Positions 61,973 through 64,000 of a DNA stretch of 64,000 nt are shown one piece after another; within the stretch, counting starts at the first letter, position 1, and each line of letters opens with the position of its first letter. The DNA is from Lepidodermella squamata. Its lineage: Eukaryota; Animalia; Gastrotricha. Under the pieces are notes generated by a model. That model ran no database searches. It was given only the letters and a program-made list of their open reading frames with translations, and was not told where the DNA came from. The stretch spans positions 806,001 to 870,000 of the forward strand of contig JBLDXI010000054.1 in NCBI GenBank assembly GCA_047495785.1. The letters are read 5' to 3'. Made by a program: the position numbers and the translations under genes.

Positions 61973-64000
61973 TCAGCTCCTTCGAGAACCTGAAGAAAAG
62001 CGATTTCGCCGCAATCGAACTAATCTAGCCAATTTGTACGCGTTCAAAATGATCAAGTTTGTAACAACAAGCGCTATTGTCATGCTAGCAACGGATACAT
62101 GAAGGGCTTCGTCGCTGGACATTTCCATCGCAGCAATTAGGACCGTGGCGATCACCATCAAGCTGCTACAGTACACCGCTTTTGCTGTCGTCCTGAGTTC
62201 ATTCAACACAGCCAACGCATTATGTAAATCAGGAGCACTGCGTCGAGAATTGCGGATTCTCGGTAACGTAACTTTTCGAACAGCAAGCAACGACATTCGT
62301 GATAGCATCTTGTCCTATTAAAAAAATATCACTGAATCTTATAAATGTGAAACCCCCGAAAAATAAACATACAAAAACTAGGTAAGCTCTAAAGCAGTTG
62401 ATGAGAATTGCGAGAGCGTGAAAAATCCCAATGCTCAGAAGAGTACCCAGCGTAACCATGTTGTTCATATCCACTCGGCAGACGATTCGATAAAAGAGGT
62501 AAGCAACACTTTCATCTAGTGAGTATTGTCTTTCGTAATTGAAATATTCGTAAAAGAAGCCTCCTGAGAGTAGGAATGCCAAGATAAGGCAAAATTGAAC
62601 AAAAAACCAAGCTCGAACCTGCTTCAACTTGTTTTTCCCTTCGTGAACTAATCGATTATATTTGGCGCGGACTATCAGCAATTGCCGCCCGCGGCGAAGT
62701 TTTGTGTAGAATCCAGCCGAGATGAAGGTGAGGCCCAAAGACAAGCATAAACAACTGAGCGAGCATGGCAAAACTACAAGTTTAGTGAATGTCTGTAGAG
62801 TCACGACAGCTGAAATCGGATAGCATAGCATCAGCACACTGCCTATGTTGATGTAGCAATTTTCAAGCAAGAAAGTGACTCGGAATGCCGCGCGCAACCT
62901 TGGACTGCCTTGATTATGAGCCAGAATGTCTAACAGTATTGAAAGAAGGCTCATTATTATTCCCAAAGTCGCAAGAGATATATGAGCCCGGAGGACATGC
63001 TCATTTGTTGCGGCGGTCGCAATAGAGATCAACCGAACTGAATCGCGAGGGGCAAGGTTCCCAGGAGACCCCCAGTTCGGACCTCCGTTTAAGAAGCCTA
63101 TTGATTGATCATCTGCTTCATAGTAAGCTACAATCGGTCTTATAGGAAGATTTTTTGCAACTGCCTTTCTGAAGACTACAGGGTTAAATCCCTTGGTATT
63201 AAGCGTAGTGCTCTGGTCGAAATTATAGACGGATTTCAACCCATTCATCGCAGTTTTGTAGACTGCTTGATTGAATGTATCCCGGAAAATACCGCCGTTC
63301 TGTTGGAAATTCAGAGAATTCAACGTCCATTCTCGGATCGTCGAGTTGAATTTATCTCTCAACGAGTTTTCAACCGCGTTAATTAGGTAACCCGAATATA
63401 GGGCGATGTCGTAGCAAAGAGGCGTGATGTTTGTCGGGTCTAAGATTTGCGCCGCATTGACGATTTTCGCCTCGATTCTGCGTGAAAATTCAGTACTAAT
63501 TAGCCCGCTTGAATCTGTATAACCTGGCCCAGCTACATCACTCATCGAACCGAAGGATACGATTAGCCAACTTTCCGCAACCTTAGCCAATATATCCCTA
63601 GTGCACCAAGATGCAACTGATTCCGGAATTTTGGCAGTTGCCGGGTCAAAACTAGCCCAGCCAGTAGCAAAATACGCGTAGCTTGGCCCAAACATGCCGA
63701 AACGATAAAACCAACACGACAACATTAGGCCGTGATCTGCGTTTGCCAGAATGATACGAGGCTCGAGATTTCGCAAGGATTTCATTGCAACTATCATTTC
63801 ATCGTTTTTGAAGTCAGTGGTAACTTTGCCGTACCATACGACCGATATATTTCGAGCAAGAAAGTGGCTCACAATCTCGCTTTCAGCATCGTTGAAAAAT
63901 GGAAGGTCCTCTGTTATTACGGCAATTTTAGTCCAGCCCATTTTAGCGGAGAAAGCAGCCATACCCTCTTGAACTGTGTAAGGCGATTTGGTCAAAGGAA
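61973..64000 (-). CDS. Class C GPCR, GABA-B-like, close paralogue of 11833-14355; 5' part lies beyond the window; exons >64000-62373 and 62314-61973
   Basis: High residue-by-residue identity to the 12-14 kb receptor and the same intron position (AYLVF|DK). Confidence 0.9.

Overview
This is eukaryotic, invertebrate-animal-type genomic DNA with short (~50-60 nt) GT-AG introns and many transposons; there are no prokaryotic features. Host genes: three GABA-B-like class C GPCRs (one cut by the window end, one with an unresolved TM7) plus a shattered pseudogene copy, one intronless Cys-loop ion-channel subunit with almost no M3-M4 loop, and three paralogous secreted Cys/Thr/Ala/Ser-rich proteins (two head-to-head) that I cannot assign to a known family. 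The centre holds an apparently intact 17.5-kb CMC (CACTA/EnSpm-type) DNA transposon (15511-32979; CCCTAG termini, TA duplication). It encodes a 4-exon DDE transposase, a 10-exon coiled-coil/BEN-like protein, a C2H2 zinc-finger protein and possibly a fourth small transcript. Its transposase introns are filled with decayed fragments of ankyrin-repeat and other genes. 37-57 kb is a patchwork of diverged segmental copies carrying a recurrent hairpin motif, many MITEs (hAT, Tc1/pogo, foldback), a foldback element with two outward-facing tRNA-like units, and Gypsy fragments. All gene models were spliced by hand from the sequence; no database searches were run.
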